64,000 nucleotides of DNA from Dendrobates tinctorius (taxonomy: Eukaryota). This document shows, piece after piece, positions 36,078 through 51,389 of the stretch. The stretch's first letter is position 1, and each line of letters starts with the position of its first letter. The notes beneath the pieces were generated by a model. The model did no database searches. It was given only the letters and a program-made list of their open reading frames with translations, and had not been told where the DNA came from. The DNA is taken from positions 1,674,001-1,738,000 of the forward strand of contig NW_027362117.1 in the NCBI RefSeq assembly GCF_039654945.1, given 5' to 3'. Made by a program: the position numbers and the translations under genes.

Positions 36078-37229
36078 GGAGACGGAGGAGACGGGACGTG
36101 GTGCTGCGGGGAGCGGAGGAGACGGGACGTGGTGCTGCGGGGAGCGGAGGAGACGGGACGTGGCGCTGCCGGGACCGGAGGAGACGGGACGTGCCGCTGC
36201 CGGGAGCGGAGGAGATGGGACGTAGCGCTGCCGGGAGCAGAGGAGACGGGACGTGGCGCTGCCGGGAGCAGAGGAGACGGGACGTGCCGCTGCCGGGACC
36301 GTAGGAGACGGGACGTGACTCTGCCGGGAGCGGAGGAGACGTGACGTGGCGCTGCCGGGACCGGAGGAGACGGGACGTGGCGCTGCCAGGAGCGGAGGAG
36401 ACGTGACGTGGCGCTGCCGGGACCAGAGGAGACGGGACGTGGCGCTGCTGGGACCGTAGGAGACGGGACGTGGCGCTGCCAAGAGCGGAGGAGACGTGAC
36501 GTGGCGCTGCCAGGAGCAGAGGAGACGGGACGTGGCGCTGCTGGGACCGTAGGAGACGGGACGTGACTCTGCCGGGAGCGGAGGAGACGTGACGTGGCGC
36601 TGCCGGGACCGGAGGAGACGGGACGTGGCGCTGCCAGGAGCGGAGGAGACGTGACGTGCTGCTGCCGGGAGCGGAGGAGACGGGACGTGCCGCTGCCGAG
36701 AGCGGAGGAGACAGGACGTAGCGCTGCCGGGAGCAGAGGAGACGGGACGTGCTGCTGCCGGGAGCGGAGGAGTAGGGACGTGCCGCTGCCGAGAGCGGAG
36801 GAGACGGGACGTAGCGCTGCCGGGAGCGGAGGAGATGGGACGTGGCGCTGCCGGGAGCGGAGGAGACGGGACGTGGCTCTGCCGGGAGCGGAGGAGAAGG
36901 GACGTGCCGCTGCCAGGAGAGGAGGAGACGGGACGTGGCTCTGCCGGGAGCGGAGGAGACGGGACGTGCCGCTGCCAGGAGCGGAGGAGACGGGACGTGG
37001 CGCTGCCGGGAGCGGAGGAGACGGGACGTGGCGCTGCCGGGAGCGGAGGAGACGGGACGTGGCTCTGCCGGGAGCGGAGGAGATGGGATGTGCCGCTGCA
37101 GGGAGCGGAGGAGACGGGACGTGCCGCTGACGGGAGCGGAGGAAACGGGACGTGCCGCTGCCGGGAGCGGAGGAGACGGGACGTGCAGCTGCCGGGAGCG
37201 GAGGAGATGGGATGTCGCGCTGCCAGGAG
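36078..37229. repeat. 31-bp G-rich, CpG-rich minisatellite (ggagcggaggagacgggacgtggcgctgccg), about 37 copies
   Basis: Direct periodicity. Confidence 0.96.
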
Positions 37230-37248
37230 TGGAGGTCTCTCACAGACA

Positions 37249-38494
37249 TGTGGCGCCCCTGAGGGTTCAGTCACCACAGAGGTACTGCATCTCCTCCTGA
37301 GGTGTGGTACCCCACCATTCAGGTAAGGTGGAGACTCCTGACCACGCTCCAACACCTGCACCCCACACCACAAAGTAGTGTAGCAAAGCACCTTCGGCGG
37401 CTCCCTGCTTGGAACACGAAACGTGCTGGGAGGTGGGTGGAGTTAGATGACATTTCTAGGAGCGGGAAGAGTTTAAGTCAGTGAATCAGTAGTTGGTTGG
37501 AGAGAGAAGAAGATCCCTAGAGAGAGGGATAGATGGATGGAAGTGTTGCAGCAGATCCCAGTGACCTGGGTCTGCTGGCACAGGAAAGGGAGAAAGAGAG
37601 CAACATAGACTGAAAGCCTGATTCTCCATAGAAAGAAAGGATTAGTACGGAACATGAGGAGTAAAAGGGAACAGAGGACGTGGGTGAGAAGAGAACCCTT
37701 ACTAGAAGTTCTAGGTGCAAGGCCGGGGTCCGGTCCCCGAGGTTGTATGGATACTAATGGTCCTGCAGCAGACACCGGAGGAATAGAAGTTGTTACCACT
37801 TTATTCCCACACAAAACTTGGGGGCACAACAGCAACGGGATAGTGAGCCGGGACTTGGTAGCAAGGAGTCCCCGAAGCAGGCTACAGCTGTCTGCCGTAT
37901 AAGTAGAGTTCATAGGAACATCTGACAGGAGGAACTACAGTGTAACTCAGTACTAGGAGTACTTAATCTAAAGGCGCTATAAGGGGAGACATTCAGAAAG
38001 GTACATGTTGGCGGAGTGTTGGAAAGGAGTATTCCATTTGGCCTGGAGGTTGACTGAGTCCCAGACCCGGAGGACACGGCACGGAGGCAGGCACCTGTTT
38101 GTACACAGACTGTGAGTAAAGCTTTGGAACTACATGCCCTGGTGTCCTCCACTTATTCCTGCGTCAACCTGCCCGGCACTGCTCCATCCCCTGCGCCTGA
38201 CACTACACCATCTACGTGTCACTTCATTTACTCTGCCCTGGGACTACAGCCCTGCCTGTGGAGGGCTATACCATCACCGCTGCACCCCACCATCTGTCCC
38301 AGAGGATCTATCTGCAGTGTCGGCCTAACATCTACATTGCCGAACACCACAGGTGGCGTCACGACGTATTCATTCACACTGAACATTTACAATGGACGCC
38401 CAGGGCCACGGGCCGGGCCACAGCTACCGTGACAACTCCCATTGAGATCCTCCGATGCCGAGTACCCCACAGCCCTGGGTGTGAGGGCGTCCCA
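37249..38494. mobile_element. Probable solo LTR (Gypsy-type), 1246 bp
   Basis: Begins TGTGGCGCCC and ends GGGCGTCCCA (TG..CA, imperfect inverted termini). Flanked by a GACA duplication at 37245-37248 and 38495-38498; no credible ORF. Confidence 0.7.
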
Positions 38495-39208
38495 GACACT
38501 TTTTCTCTTTGTCATTTCCAGGAACCTCAGACTCTGATTCATCATTTGCATTTTTTAAGTCCCTTTTCTTTTTTCATCTTGCTGTATTTGTTGACATTTT
38601 TGTGCCAGTTCTTCGCCTTTAGTGCAGTTGTTTTTGAATTTTGTGCAAATTTTTAAAAAAAATGTTATTTATTTTTACCTCTAACTTTTTATTGTGAATT
38701 TTTAAGGCTAAAACTTTCATCTTTCATGTTCTGGTTGCAATATTTCTGTCAAAAATTATTGACAAACATAAAATCACTCTGGGGAGGATGGAGAACATTT
38801 GCTCCAAAATGTTGTGACTGTTTAAAAAGTCACAATTGAATCAGCTAAAAACCATCTGGGTTACAAAACCGCCCCCACATCAGCGAAGATGGAAAACATA
38901 AACTTGCAATAAAGAATCGTTTTGCGCGCACCATTGACTTGTATGGGTGTGTGACGTCCGATATACGCTGCCAATTGCTGCATGCAGTTAGTCGGCTCTG
39001 CTACATCGTATAGCATTGGAGGAAGCACTATCTAATGAAAAGGCCGTCGTTCTGTTTGTCTCCCCACATTCCTCAGCTTCCCTGCTTACCATTGTCCATG
39101 TCCTGAAGTAAGGGATAAAGGACTTTTTATCTTTTTCATCGATTTGGTGAGAGACGCTTTTCTTTCATACTCTTGCCGGACTGTCCAATGAAACATCAGG
39201 AATCGGAG

Positions 39209-39431
39209 GAGACACAGATTAGATAAAACTTTTTGACAGAGTGATCAATGAGTGGAACAGGCTGCCACGAGAAGTGGTGAGTTCTCCTTCAATGGAAGTC
39301 TTCAAACAGAGGCTGGACAGACATCTGACTGGGATGATTTAGCGAATCCTGCTTTGAGCAGGGGGTTGGACCAGATGGCCCAGGAGGTCCCTTCCAAATC
39401 TACGATTCTATGATTCTATGATTCTATGATC
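39209..39431 (+). mobile_element. 5'-truncated CR1 3' end, same subfamily as 9066-9372
   Basis: Essentially identical to the first copy from agagtgatcaatgagtgg through cccttccaa; (attctatg)n tail. Confidence 0.92.
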
Positions 39432-41235
39432 ACAGAGCGCTCGTCCGAGTTATACGCTGACTATTCGCCAGTGTGAGCAAACCCTAAAAGTGACCCAGGG
39501 ATGGAAGCCATGAGATGTACCCAGCGGGGTGGAGACGGCGGTCCTGACATCGCTCCTCCAGCCGGGGTCTCGTTACCCTCCTATGAGCGCAGAGTGCTGG
39601 GATTTGTTGGTCGGCACCAGGTCTCCAGGTCGTTCATCAGTTTTTCTTCTTCAGGGTCCAATTTTTTGTTGCCACAATACAGACTACTTGCAGCACCAGA
39701 GCCGCCTCTGTCTCCGGAGCGTTCGCCCTAGCAGACGCCATAGTAGCAGCAGAAAGGCCCCTACACATTAGATTAATGTCAGCTGGACACCCATCAATAT
39801 AAACGGGATCGGCTGACAGTCAAAGCCCGATTTCACACAGCCAATCACATAGTCTCCCAGGGATAAGCCGCCGGCAGAGATGTCTGTTGATGGCTTTATC
39901 ACAAAGAACCAAGGTGCGCTCAGCCGAACAAGATCTCCAGTGTACGAGAGTCAGCCGAGGTGTGTATGGCGCCCAGAGCAGCTCCGCGGTGTAGACAGCA
40001 GTGTCACCCATCCGATCTTAGGGCCACTGCGCTGTTCAGTAGGATCTCAGTGATCTCTGAGGACGGGTCCATCGCTCTGCCCAATGCACTCGCCATCTCC
40101 CTGTGTCACTGGCCGGCTGACCCTCTATCTCATCTGCGTCACTGATGTCTCCATCTGCGCTGGGCTGCAGTCTCTCACGTCAGTGGCTGTCTCACCTGTC
40201 TGAACTACTCTCATTTGGGCTGTCAGACTGTCGCCGCCGGTCTCTCCATCTCAGGCTGTCTCCTGCTTGGGAACATAAACGTAGGTGGAAATGGGGTACA
40301 GGGCACCAGCTGAACCTCCCTCCTAGCACCAACCCTGGGGTGTCCATGTCGCCCTTCAGAGCATCGGGGTGCAAAGTTTAGCCCCAGCCGGCTCTCCCCT
40401 TGCTGACCTGGCACCCTGTCCCATCTAGTGCAATCAATCACTCCCACCTGTCCCCTCCCCTGTATGGCCGGTGCACGGGTCCTATAACCGGCCTCACCAT
40501 TAGTGACCAGATCCTTACAGGCGCAGATCTACTACTTTAGTGTTTGCAGCCAAAAGTGGATCCAGAGGGATTTGGAGAGAATATGGAACATAATAAATAT
40601 GCTGAGAGGCAACAATGGCGATTTCAGTCACGTACCAGGCAATGCTGATACCCTCGGGTCGCCCCTCGTAATCCATCTCTCTTTGAATTTCTTGGGAACA
40701 TTTTATGAGTCAAGTTGGTTCTTTTCACTTCTCGTTCTCAGGTCAAATTTAACCATGTAACAAGATGTAATGTGAGCAAAATCTGCAGGAGAGATCTGAT
40801 CCGTGAGAGCCGAGGAGAGAAGAACAAAAAGGAGGATAAAGCCTGAATGGTGGAGGCCACGTCTTACACAAAGGGCTGCGAGCACCTGGCGGCTCACACA
40901 CCGGAGCGGATACATAACTCGCAGGATCACGTGTCTGCAACTCTATAGATCGCAATCAGATTTACACAAAGAGCTTGAGGCAGAAACTGGTCAGAAATCT
41001 GGACGAGGTCAGTGTCGGCAGAGACGGACTGGACCAATGGAACGCAGTGGACGTGGTGTACATGGACTTTTCAAAAGCTTTTGATACGGTGCCACACAAA
41101 AGGTTGATACATAAAATGAGAACAATGGGGATAGGAGAAAATATGTGTAGGTTGGATAAGAGCTGGCTCAGGGATAGGAAACAAAGGGTGGTTATTAATG
41201 GAGCACACTCGGACTGGGTCAGGGTTAGCAGTGGG

Positions 41236-41631
41236 GAACCACAGGGGTCAGTATTGGGAACCACAGGGGTCAGTATTGGGAACCACAGGGGTCAGTATTG
41301 GGAACCACAGGGGTCAGTATTGGGTACCACAGGGGTCAGTATTGGGAACCACAGGGGTCAGTATTGGGTACCACAGGGGTCAGTATTGGGAACCACAGGG
41401 GTCAGTATTGGGTACCGCAGGGGTCAGTATTGGGTACCGCAGGGGTCAGTATTGAGTACCGCAGGGGTCAGTATTGGGTACCACAGGGGTCAGTATTGGG
41501 AACCACAGGGGTCAGTATTGAGTACCGCAGGGGTCAGTATTGGGAACCACAGGGGTCAGTATTGGGTACCACAGGGGTCAGTATTGAGTACCACAGGGGT
41601 CAGTATTGGGTACCACAGGGGTCAGTATTGG
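41236..41631 (+). repeat. 22-bp tandem repeat x18 (g[a/t]accacaggggtcagtattgg) derived from the CR1 RT PQGSVLG motif
   Basis: Period 22 (41236 to 41258); 18 x 22 = 396 bp. Confidence 0.95.
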
Positions 41632-42102
41632 GCCTGCTTTTTAACATATTTATTAATGACCTTGTAGAGGGCATAGAGAGTAGAATTTCAATATTTTCAG
41701 ATGACACTAAACTCTGCAGGGTAATCAATACAGAGGAGGACAATTTTATATTACAGGAGGATTTATGGAAACTAGAAGCTTTTGCTGATAAATGGCAAAT
41801 GAGCTTTAATGGGGATAAATGTAAGGTCATGCACTTGGGTAGAACGAACAAGATGTATAATTATGTGCTTAATTGTAAAACACTGGGCAAAACAGTCACT
41901 GAAAAAGACCTGGGTGTATGGGTGGACAACAAACTCACATTTAGTGGCCAGTGTCAGGCGGCTGCTGCAAAGGCAAATAAATAATGGGATGCATTAAAAG
42001 AGGCATAGATGCTCATGAGGAGAACATAATTTTATCTCTATATAAGTCACTAGTGCGACCACACTTAGAATACTGCGTACAGTTTTGGTTTCCGGTGTAT
42101 AA

Positions 42103-42482
42103 GGCTAGGTTCACATTGCGTTAGTGCATCCGTTTAATGGATCCATTAAACAGATGCGCTAACGCTGATGTCATTTTTGACATCTTTGGTGACCTAGCGC
42201 TAATGGTATGCATTAACGCTAGGTAGCGCTCAGGTACCATGCGCTACCTAGCGTTAGCCCATACAGTTCTATGCACAGCGAACGGGTCTGTTCGCGGTGT
42301 GTTACTGCCAACGCACCCAAAAACGCTGCAAGCAGCGTTTGAGGGTGTGTCATGAATTAACGCATACTTGCTAATGCATGCCGATTTTGGCATGCGTTAG
42401 GATGGGTTAGTATCATTGCGGGCAATGGCGGCGTTAACGGATCCATCAGCGCATTGCCCCCTAACGCAATGTGAACCCAGCT
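42103..42482. mobile_element. PIF/Harbinger-type MITE, 380 bp
   Basis: TIRs ggctaggttcacattgcgttag / ctaacgcaatgtgaacccagct; TAA/TTA 3-bp flanks. Removing it restores the CR1 frame. Confidence 0.85.
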
Positions 42483-42495
42483 TTAGAAAGACATA

Positions 42496-44127
<1,632 letters not shown>

Positions 44128-46440
44128 TAGCTGAACTGGAGCGGGTACAGAGAAGAGCGACCAAGGTTATTAGGGAACTCGGGGGTCTGCAATTCCAAGA
44201 CAGGTTATTACACTTGGGGTTATTTAGTTTGGAGAGTCGAAGGCTTAGGGGTGATCTTATTACAATGTATAAATACATGCGGGGACAGTACAAAGACCTT
44301 TCTAATGATCTTTTTACTCTTAGACCTGTGACGGGGACAAGGGGGCATCCTCTACGTCTGGAGGAAAGAAGGTTTAAGCATACTCACAGACGCAGATTCT
44401 TTACTGTAAGAGCAGTGAGACTATGGAACTCTCTGCCATATGATGTTGTAATGAGTGATTCCCTACTAACATTTAATAAGGGACTGGATGCCTCTCTTGA
44501 AAAGTATAATATTACAGGGTATATACACTAGTGTCCTTGATATTGCATTGATCCAGGGAGCTAGTCTGATTGCCGTATGTGGAGTCGGGAAGGAATTTTT
44601 TTCCCCAATGTGAAGCTTACTGTTTGCCACATGGGTTTTTTTTTGCCTTCCTCTGGATCAACATGTTAGGGCAAGTTAGGACAGGATATGGGTGAACTAG
44701 ATGGACTTAAAGTCTTCCTTCAACCTTAATAACTATGTTACTATTTACATTATCCCATCTACAGAATTCAGTATTTATTCAATAGTCTGTTTACACCCTG
44801 AACCATCCACAACAGATCATTCCATGCACATTATTCTCAGCAGCACAAAGTGTTTACACGGGACGATGTGCTGCAGAGAACGATGATGGTTTGTCCGTCA
44901 ATAGAGGTGTAGCCCCTCCACTAAGCTGTAACAATTGTACGCTCTCCAACAATCCAAGGCACCGGGTATCTTCCTTCCACAAAAATGATTTTTCCAGTGT
45001 AAACTCAGGAAAATTAACCGCGATGATGTTTTGTACAGCACAAAAAAGATCATTTTAGCCAGTGGATCAGCATTTTGCTCGTTCATCGGGCGATCGGCAG
45101 CCTGAAACCTGCGTTAATAGGAACCACTGATGAAAAGAGTTCCGTATAATTGAACCTTAAAGTTGACCCCTTTCAGATATTTGACCTTGGCTGCACTCTG
45201 TACCCATGGTCCCCAGGGCCACTGCTGAGTCTCCGCAGCTGCTCCGAGGGTCTGGCATTGGCTGCGGTGCTGATGTCACATGTGGCAGCCAATCAGTGAG
45301 CTCTGCCAGTGGAGATGGACCACCCCCGCGGAGCTGCTAAGCCCTCTGATTGGTGATCTCAGCGCTGCAGCCAGTGCCATCCACCATAGCAGACTCTGAG
45401 CAAGCAGCGATGACTGGGAGATTTCAGCTCTGAAGCTGCAGACATTCCAGCTGCTCTGGGATCATTGCTGATATATAACCGCGCTCCTCACATCCCGCTC
45501 CCTCCTCCAGTCTCAGGTGCTGCGCTGTCAGGGTTCTCGGGTGTTTTCTATCCTCTATGCCTTGCGGCAGATCTTATAAAGTACACAGTGACTGACAAGG
45601 AGAAATACAGTAATCATCATCATGGATGTCAGTGTCTCATGATGGCTTCACAGTCACAGGTGTATTGACATTTCCCACTAGATTTACATGTAAAGTGGCA
45701 CTCAGGAAAGATAAAGGTTCCCCTGGGAATGAAGTCTGAGATACTAGCAGTCATTTTGTAAATTAATTATTTTTTTACATATATGGAAACTGTCAGCAAG
45801 TTGCTGTTAATCTACAATCAATTACAATATTTGGTCATTCTAAACTAATTATATGTTAATGAGTATCAGGAATTTGTTAATATACCACACCTGGAATGAA
45901 AATGAAGCTATAATGGGATCTGTCAACAGCACTCAGCCTACTTGTTTATGGTTTCCAGATAGAGTCTTTTCTTTTCAGAAATTAAACAAATGTGACGGTA
46001 TTGTGACGGTATGCCACGTTACATTTTCTGACAGTTTCACCAATATTAATGACAGAGGCAGTATCACTTCAGCCTAATATATGCCGTGCAGTGGTGGTCT
46101 TGGCTGCTGGGAGTTGTAGTTTGCAACCACTCCAGAGTCACAGGTGTCACCAACGCTGGCACCATGGGCAGAATGTGGGCGCTGTTTATGGTGATCTGTA
46201 GTATCAAACGCCTCACAACAACCACAAAGAGCCGCTGCTATAAATTGTGCCCTTTTCTGCTGGCACTACCGGCCGGGCAATAGAGGGAGATCACATACCC
46301 CTGCACCCCATGAAGCAGTGCTCAGGGTAATGTGACCCCCAGCTTGGTGACATCACAGAGACGTGTTAGTCTTTCCATTGATCGGTCAGTCAGATGGAAC
46401 TTTGGGGCCCCCAAGGGCTCTAAGGGGTTTTGAGCTGGAG

Positions 46441-47612
46441 ATAATAATAAATTTTATTTCTATAGCGCCGACATATTCCGCAGCACTTTACATTTCAGAG
46501 GGGATTTGTACAGACGATAGACATTACAGCATAACAATAATCACATAGATCATAGCAGATACCAAGAGGAGTGAGGGCCCTGCTCGCAAGCTTACAGTCT
46601 ATGAGGGAAAAAGGGGAGACACGAAAGGTGGGTGGGTTGTTCAGACCAGCCATAGTGTAAGAATCGGGTGTTGCTGCATGAACCAGTTAACAGTCTAAAT
46701 ATGTAACAGTACAGACACAGAGGGCTATTAATGCATAAAGCATGTGAGAACATGATGCGATGACCCTGGTTATGGCAAATAATTCTGAATGAGCCACACA
46801 GGGATAGATTAGGTTAATATGCTGAGGCGATAGGCCAGTCTGAATAAATGCGTTTTCAGGGCACGCTTAAAATTGTGGGGATTGGGGACTAATCGTATTG
46901 ACCTGGGAAGTGCATTCCAAAGAATTGGCGCAGCACGTGTATAGTCTTGGAGATGGGAGTGGGAGTTTCTTATTATTGAGGATGCTAACCTCAGGTCATC
47001 AGCAGAACGGAGGGCACGGGTAGGGTGGTATACTGAAACAAGGGAGGAGATGTAGGGTGGTGCTGAGCCATGGAGAGCTTTGTGGGTGAGGGTAATAAGT
47101 TTGTACTGGATTCTGGAGTGGATGGGTAGCCAGTGTAATGACTGGCACAAGGTAGAGGCATCGGTGTAACGATTGGCGAGGAATATGATCCTGGTTGCAG
47201 CATTCAAGACAGATTGGAGAGGGGAGAGTTTGGTAAGAGGGAGACCGATTAGAAGAGAGTTACAATAGTCGAGACGAGAATGAATAAGAGAAACAGTAAG
47301 AGTTTTTGCAGAGTCAAAAGTAAGAAAAGGTCGAATTCTAGAAATGTTTTTGAGGTGCAGATAACAAGAGCGAGCCAGTGATCGAATGTGGGGGGCAAAG
47401 GAAAGCTTGGAGTCAAGTATGACCCCAAGACAGCGGGCATGTTGCTGGGGAGTAATAGTGGAACCACACACGGAAATGGCAATGTCGGGTATAGGTACAT
47501 TAGTAGCGGGAGGAAACACCAGGAGTTCAGTCTTTGACAGGTTCAGTTTCATATATAGGGAGGACATGATGTTAGACACAGCGTTTAGACAATCGCCGGT
47601 GTTTTCCACAGA
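46441..47612 (-). mobile_element. L2-clade LINE, 5'-truncated 3' portion
   Basis: ORF 46809..47609: LKLN-like MKLNLSKTELLVFP, RCLGVILDSKLSF, HSRLDYCNSLLIGLP, LHWLPIHSRIQYK, WNALP, FKRALKTHLFR. 3' UTR ends in ggcgctatagaaataaa(tta)n. Confidence 0.92.
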
Positions 47613-48267
47613 ATTGAAGGGTTAACACTGGAGTCCTGGCTCCTTACTGCTCAGATGTTTCCACAGTGTAACACATCCACATTGCTCAAAATCTGTCCCA
47701 ATGGCCGTCATCCAGAAGTGGTTTCCCTCTTTCTCAACTGCTATCATGCTGTAAACATTCCTGGTTTTGCAATTTGGTTCGTTATATGAGTTCTTCCTAA
47801 AAAATAACTGAACTCCCCACAAGTAAAAATTGACAATAGTCGGGGCTGCAGAGGCCGCAGGTCACTCGGGGACGTGGATCTGCGTGCTCATGGGCAGCGG
47901 GAGACACAGATCATTGGGGTCACCATGGACTCAGTGGGTTTTCATTTTTGCCATTCCCAATACTATCTTCTATGTTCTGTCTGCGTGAAATAATGAAATA
48001 TCCCTTTTACCGCACCAGTGATGATGACCTTGTCCTGCTCACACAGCCGAGTGTTTGTTACAGTTGTATCCAGCATAGACAATGGTCTGCAAAGAAAACA
48101 ACCTGGACTCCGGACTGATACATTGTTGCAAACTATTGTAACTGCAGAGATTTGTGGCTGTCTGCACTGGATACAACTGTAACAAACCCTCAGCTTTGTG
48201 ACCAAATCTAGGACCAGGTTTTTAAACCTCTGGATGTTGACGAGGAAGATTTCTAACCAAAGACATC

Positions 48268-48370
48268 GTGATAGGGAATTTAGACTGTGAGCCCCATTGG
48301 GGACAGCGATGATGATGTGTGCAAACTGTAAAGCGCTGCGGAATGTGTTAGCGCTATATAAAGAAAATAT
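48268..48370 (+). mobile_element. SINE 3' tail fragment (L2-derived), same family as the tail at 53140-53240
   Basis: gatagggaatttagactgtgagccccattggggacag...tgtaaagcgctgcggaat..gcgctatataaa. Confidence 0.8.
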
Positions 48371-48829
48371 ATAATATATATAAAGAAATATAAATATACA
48401 GAAAAAATAAAGATCCCTGAAAGAAGCAGAAATCTTGAAATAGACAAAAAAAACGAGAACATAGAAAGTGGTAAAACTTTTCATTATTTATAATTCAGCT
48501 TTATTTACAGAACACTTGACACCCTGTCATGTGGGGCCTGTAGGGTGAGGCTGGGGGCCACACACAGGGTCCTTTATAAGGGCCACACACACTCTGGATT
48601 GCATTTTCCACATTCTTTGATCTTCTGTTCTTATCTGTTCTTCCAAGGTAATTATACAGCTCTGACAATTAGTGATGTGGAAAGGAGCCCCTCCAAAGGG
48701 TAATGACTGACCTCCCCAAGGATGATGCAATCCCAAGAATCTGGCAGGCGTTTATCAATAGGGAACATTGCGATCTCCCTTGACCCAGTACTGTGCAGGC
48801 GCCGCGCTGCCAAGGATGATCGGCGCCAT

Positions 48830-48960
48830 TATATTAATCATTTATTATTATTATTTCTATAGCGCCATTAATTCCATGGTGCTGTACATGAGATGGGGGG
48901 TTACATACAAAGTTATAGATAACAGAGGGGAGGGGACCCTGTCCTTGCGGACTTACATTA
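48830..48960 (-). mobile_element. Short L2-type 3' end fragment
   Basis: (tta)n tttctatagcgcc... matches the terminus of the L2 at 46441. Confidence 0.55.
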
Positions 48961-49996
48961 CAGACATGCTGCGGTCTAAAAAGTCGCACCGCATGTCCGG
49001 TTTAGCGGGTGTGTCACCCACGTATTCAGACGCATAGTGGAGACGGGATTTCATAAAATCCCCTCCACTATGCTGTAACATCTGGACACAGCGTTCATCC
49101 CGCTGCTAATCCAGATGTAATCCGGCAAGTGGAAACTCACCCTAAGTGTCAGTCTTCACAGCATTTCTGAGATTCTATTCCAGGATAAAGGTGACTAAAA
49201 AAAAACAGATGATACCAGGAAATAATACAATATATCAATGTGTATAAATACACTCAATATTGAAAAGATGCATAATTCTGCAAATCACAGGATGGACAGA
49301 CATGATAATGATCTGCAAATGAGGGGAAGAAAGGAAACAAAACTTTCCAGATATCTCAATTTATTCGGTGTGGAGTCTGAGTCACGTGCAGAAATCCCGG
49401 AGCTGACAGCCGTACACATCAGATGGATAATAAAGGCTGCTTCTATTTTCCATCTCCATCCTGTGATTTCCATCATCCACTACTTTATCGCTGTGCTGTT
49501 GCAATTTCAAGATTGATGAGTATATATATATATATGTGTGTAGTGAGGGGTATGAAGGTCTTGAGGCCACTTCATCCCGACATCAGATCATTGTAATCAG
49601 TGTTAACCTAATCCCCTTGTATCCGGCGTCACACGCTCCTTGTCACCCTGAGGCTCTATTAATATTTCAGGCTTCTGTTTCCTGCGGTCTATAATAATGA
49701 CGTTTTGGTAGATTTTCATTTTTGATGAACAGATACATGTACAATCATTAGGTATCACCCTGGGGCAATGTACGGACCTTTTCTTCCTCCTCACTGGCAC
49801 CAAATCACTCAAAAATAAGATATACGGTATTCAGTCCCATTCCCTATAGGGGAAGATAAACGATGAGCAGATAAGTCATATACAGCGCCCCCTAGAGCAA
49901 ACCAGGCGTTACATACAGCTATGTAGTGCCACTGATACAGCCTTGTAGTATTTATATAGTGACATTTGGCAGCACAGTGGTTAGCACTGTACTATA

Positions 49997-51388
49997 CGTA
50001 GAGGGCACAGAAAGTTTTTAAACCCCTTTATATTTTTCACCCTTTGTTTTCATTGCAGCCATTTGGTAAATTTAAAAAAGTTCATTTTTTCCTCATTAAT
50101 GTACACTCTGCACCCCATCTTCACTGAAAAAAACAGAAATGTAGAAATTTTTGCAAATTTATTAAAAAAGAAAAACTGAAATATCCCATGGTCATAAGTA
50201 TTCAGACCCTTTGCTCAGACACTCATATTTAAGTCACACGCTGTCCATTTCCTTGTGATCCTCCGTGAGATGGTTCTACTCCTTCATTGGCGTCCAAATG
50301 TGTGTAATTAAACTGATAGGTGTGCGCCTTCACAAATCAAGTCCTGTCTATATAAGACCTCACAGCTCACAGTGCATGTCAGACCAAATGAGAATCATGA
50401 GGCCAAAGGAACTGGCCAAGGAGCTCAGAGACAGAATTGTGGAAGGCACAGATCTGGCCAAGGTTACAAAAGAATTTCTGCAGTACTCAAGGTTCCTAAG
50501 AGCACAGTGGCCTCATTAATCCTTACATGGAAGAAGTTTGGGATCACCAGAAGTCTTCCTAGACCTGGCCGTCCAGCCAAACTGAGCAATCGTGTGAGAA
50601 GAGCCTTGGTGAGCGAGGTAAAGAACCCCAAGATCACTGTGGCTGAGCTCCACAGATGCAGTAGGAAGGTGGGAGAAAGTTCCACAAAGTCAACTATCAC
50701 TGCAGCCCTCCACCAGTCGGGCCTTTATGGCAGAGTGGCCCGACGGAAGCCTCTCCTCAGTGCCAGATATATGAAAGCTTGCATAGAGTTTGCTAAAAAC
50801 ACATGAAGGACTCCCAGACTATGAGAAATAAGATTCTCTGGTCTGATGAGACGAAGATAGAACTTCTTGGTGATAATTCTAAGCGGTATGTGTGGAGAAA
50901 ACCAGGCACTGCTCATCACCTGCCCAACACAATCCCAACAGTGAAACATGGTGGTGGCAGCATCATGCTATGGGGGTGTTTTTCAGCTGTAGGGACAGGA
51001 CGACTGGTTGCAATTGAAGGAAATATGAATGCGGCCAAGTACAGAGATATCCTGGGTGAAAACCTCTTCCAGAGTGCTCTGGACCTCAGACTTGGCCGAA
51101 GGTTCACCTTCTAACAAGACAATGACCCTAAGCACACAGCTAAAATAACAAAGGCGTGGCTTCAGAACAACTCTGAGCAAAGGGGCTGAATACTTATGAC
51201 CATGTGATATTTCAGTTTTTCTTTTTTAATAAATTTGCAAAAATTTCTACATTTGTTTTTTTTCAGTCCAGATGGGGTGCAGAGTGCACATTAATGAGAA
51301 GAAAAAGGAACTTTTTGAATTTACCAAATGGCTGCAATGAAACAGAGTGAAAAATGTAAAGGGGTCTGAATACTTTCCCTACCCACTG
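49997..51388 (+). mobile_element. Tc1 transposon with long TIRs and an internally deleted, frameshifted transposase (ATG 50397)
   Basis: TIR arms ttcattgcagccatttggtaaatt / aatttaccaaatggctgcaatgaa; right end tactttccctacccactg. Reads [40 protein letters not shown], then jumps to the TIR, so the third catalytic residue is lost. Left end degenerate. Confidence 0.9.
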
Positions 51389-51389
51389 C

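Noticed and set aside
33561-37391. 626-aa RG-rich ORF and 443/488-aa Pro/Ser-rich ORFs
   Set aside because: Translations of the 27-bp and 31-bp minisatellites; frame changes between blocks show no coding constraint.
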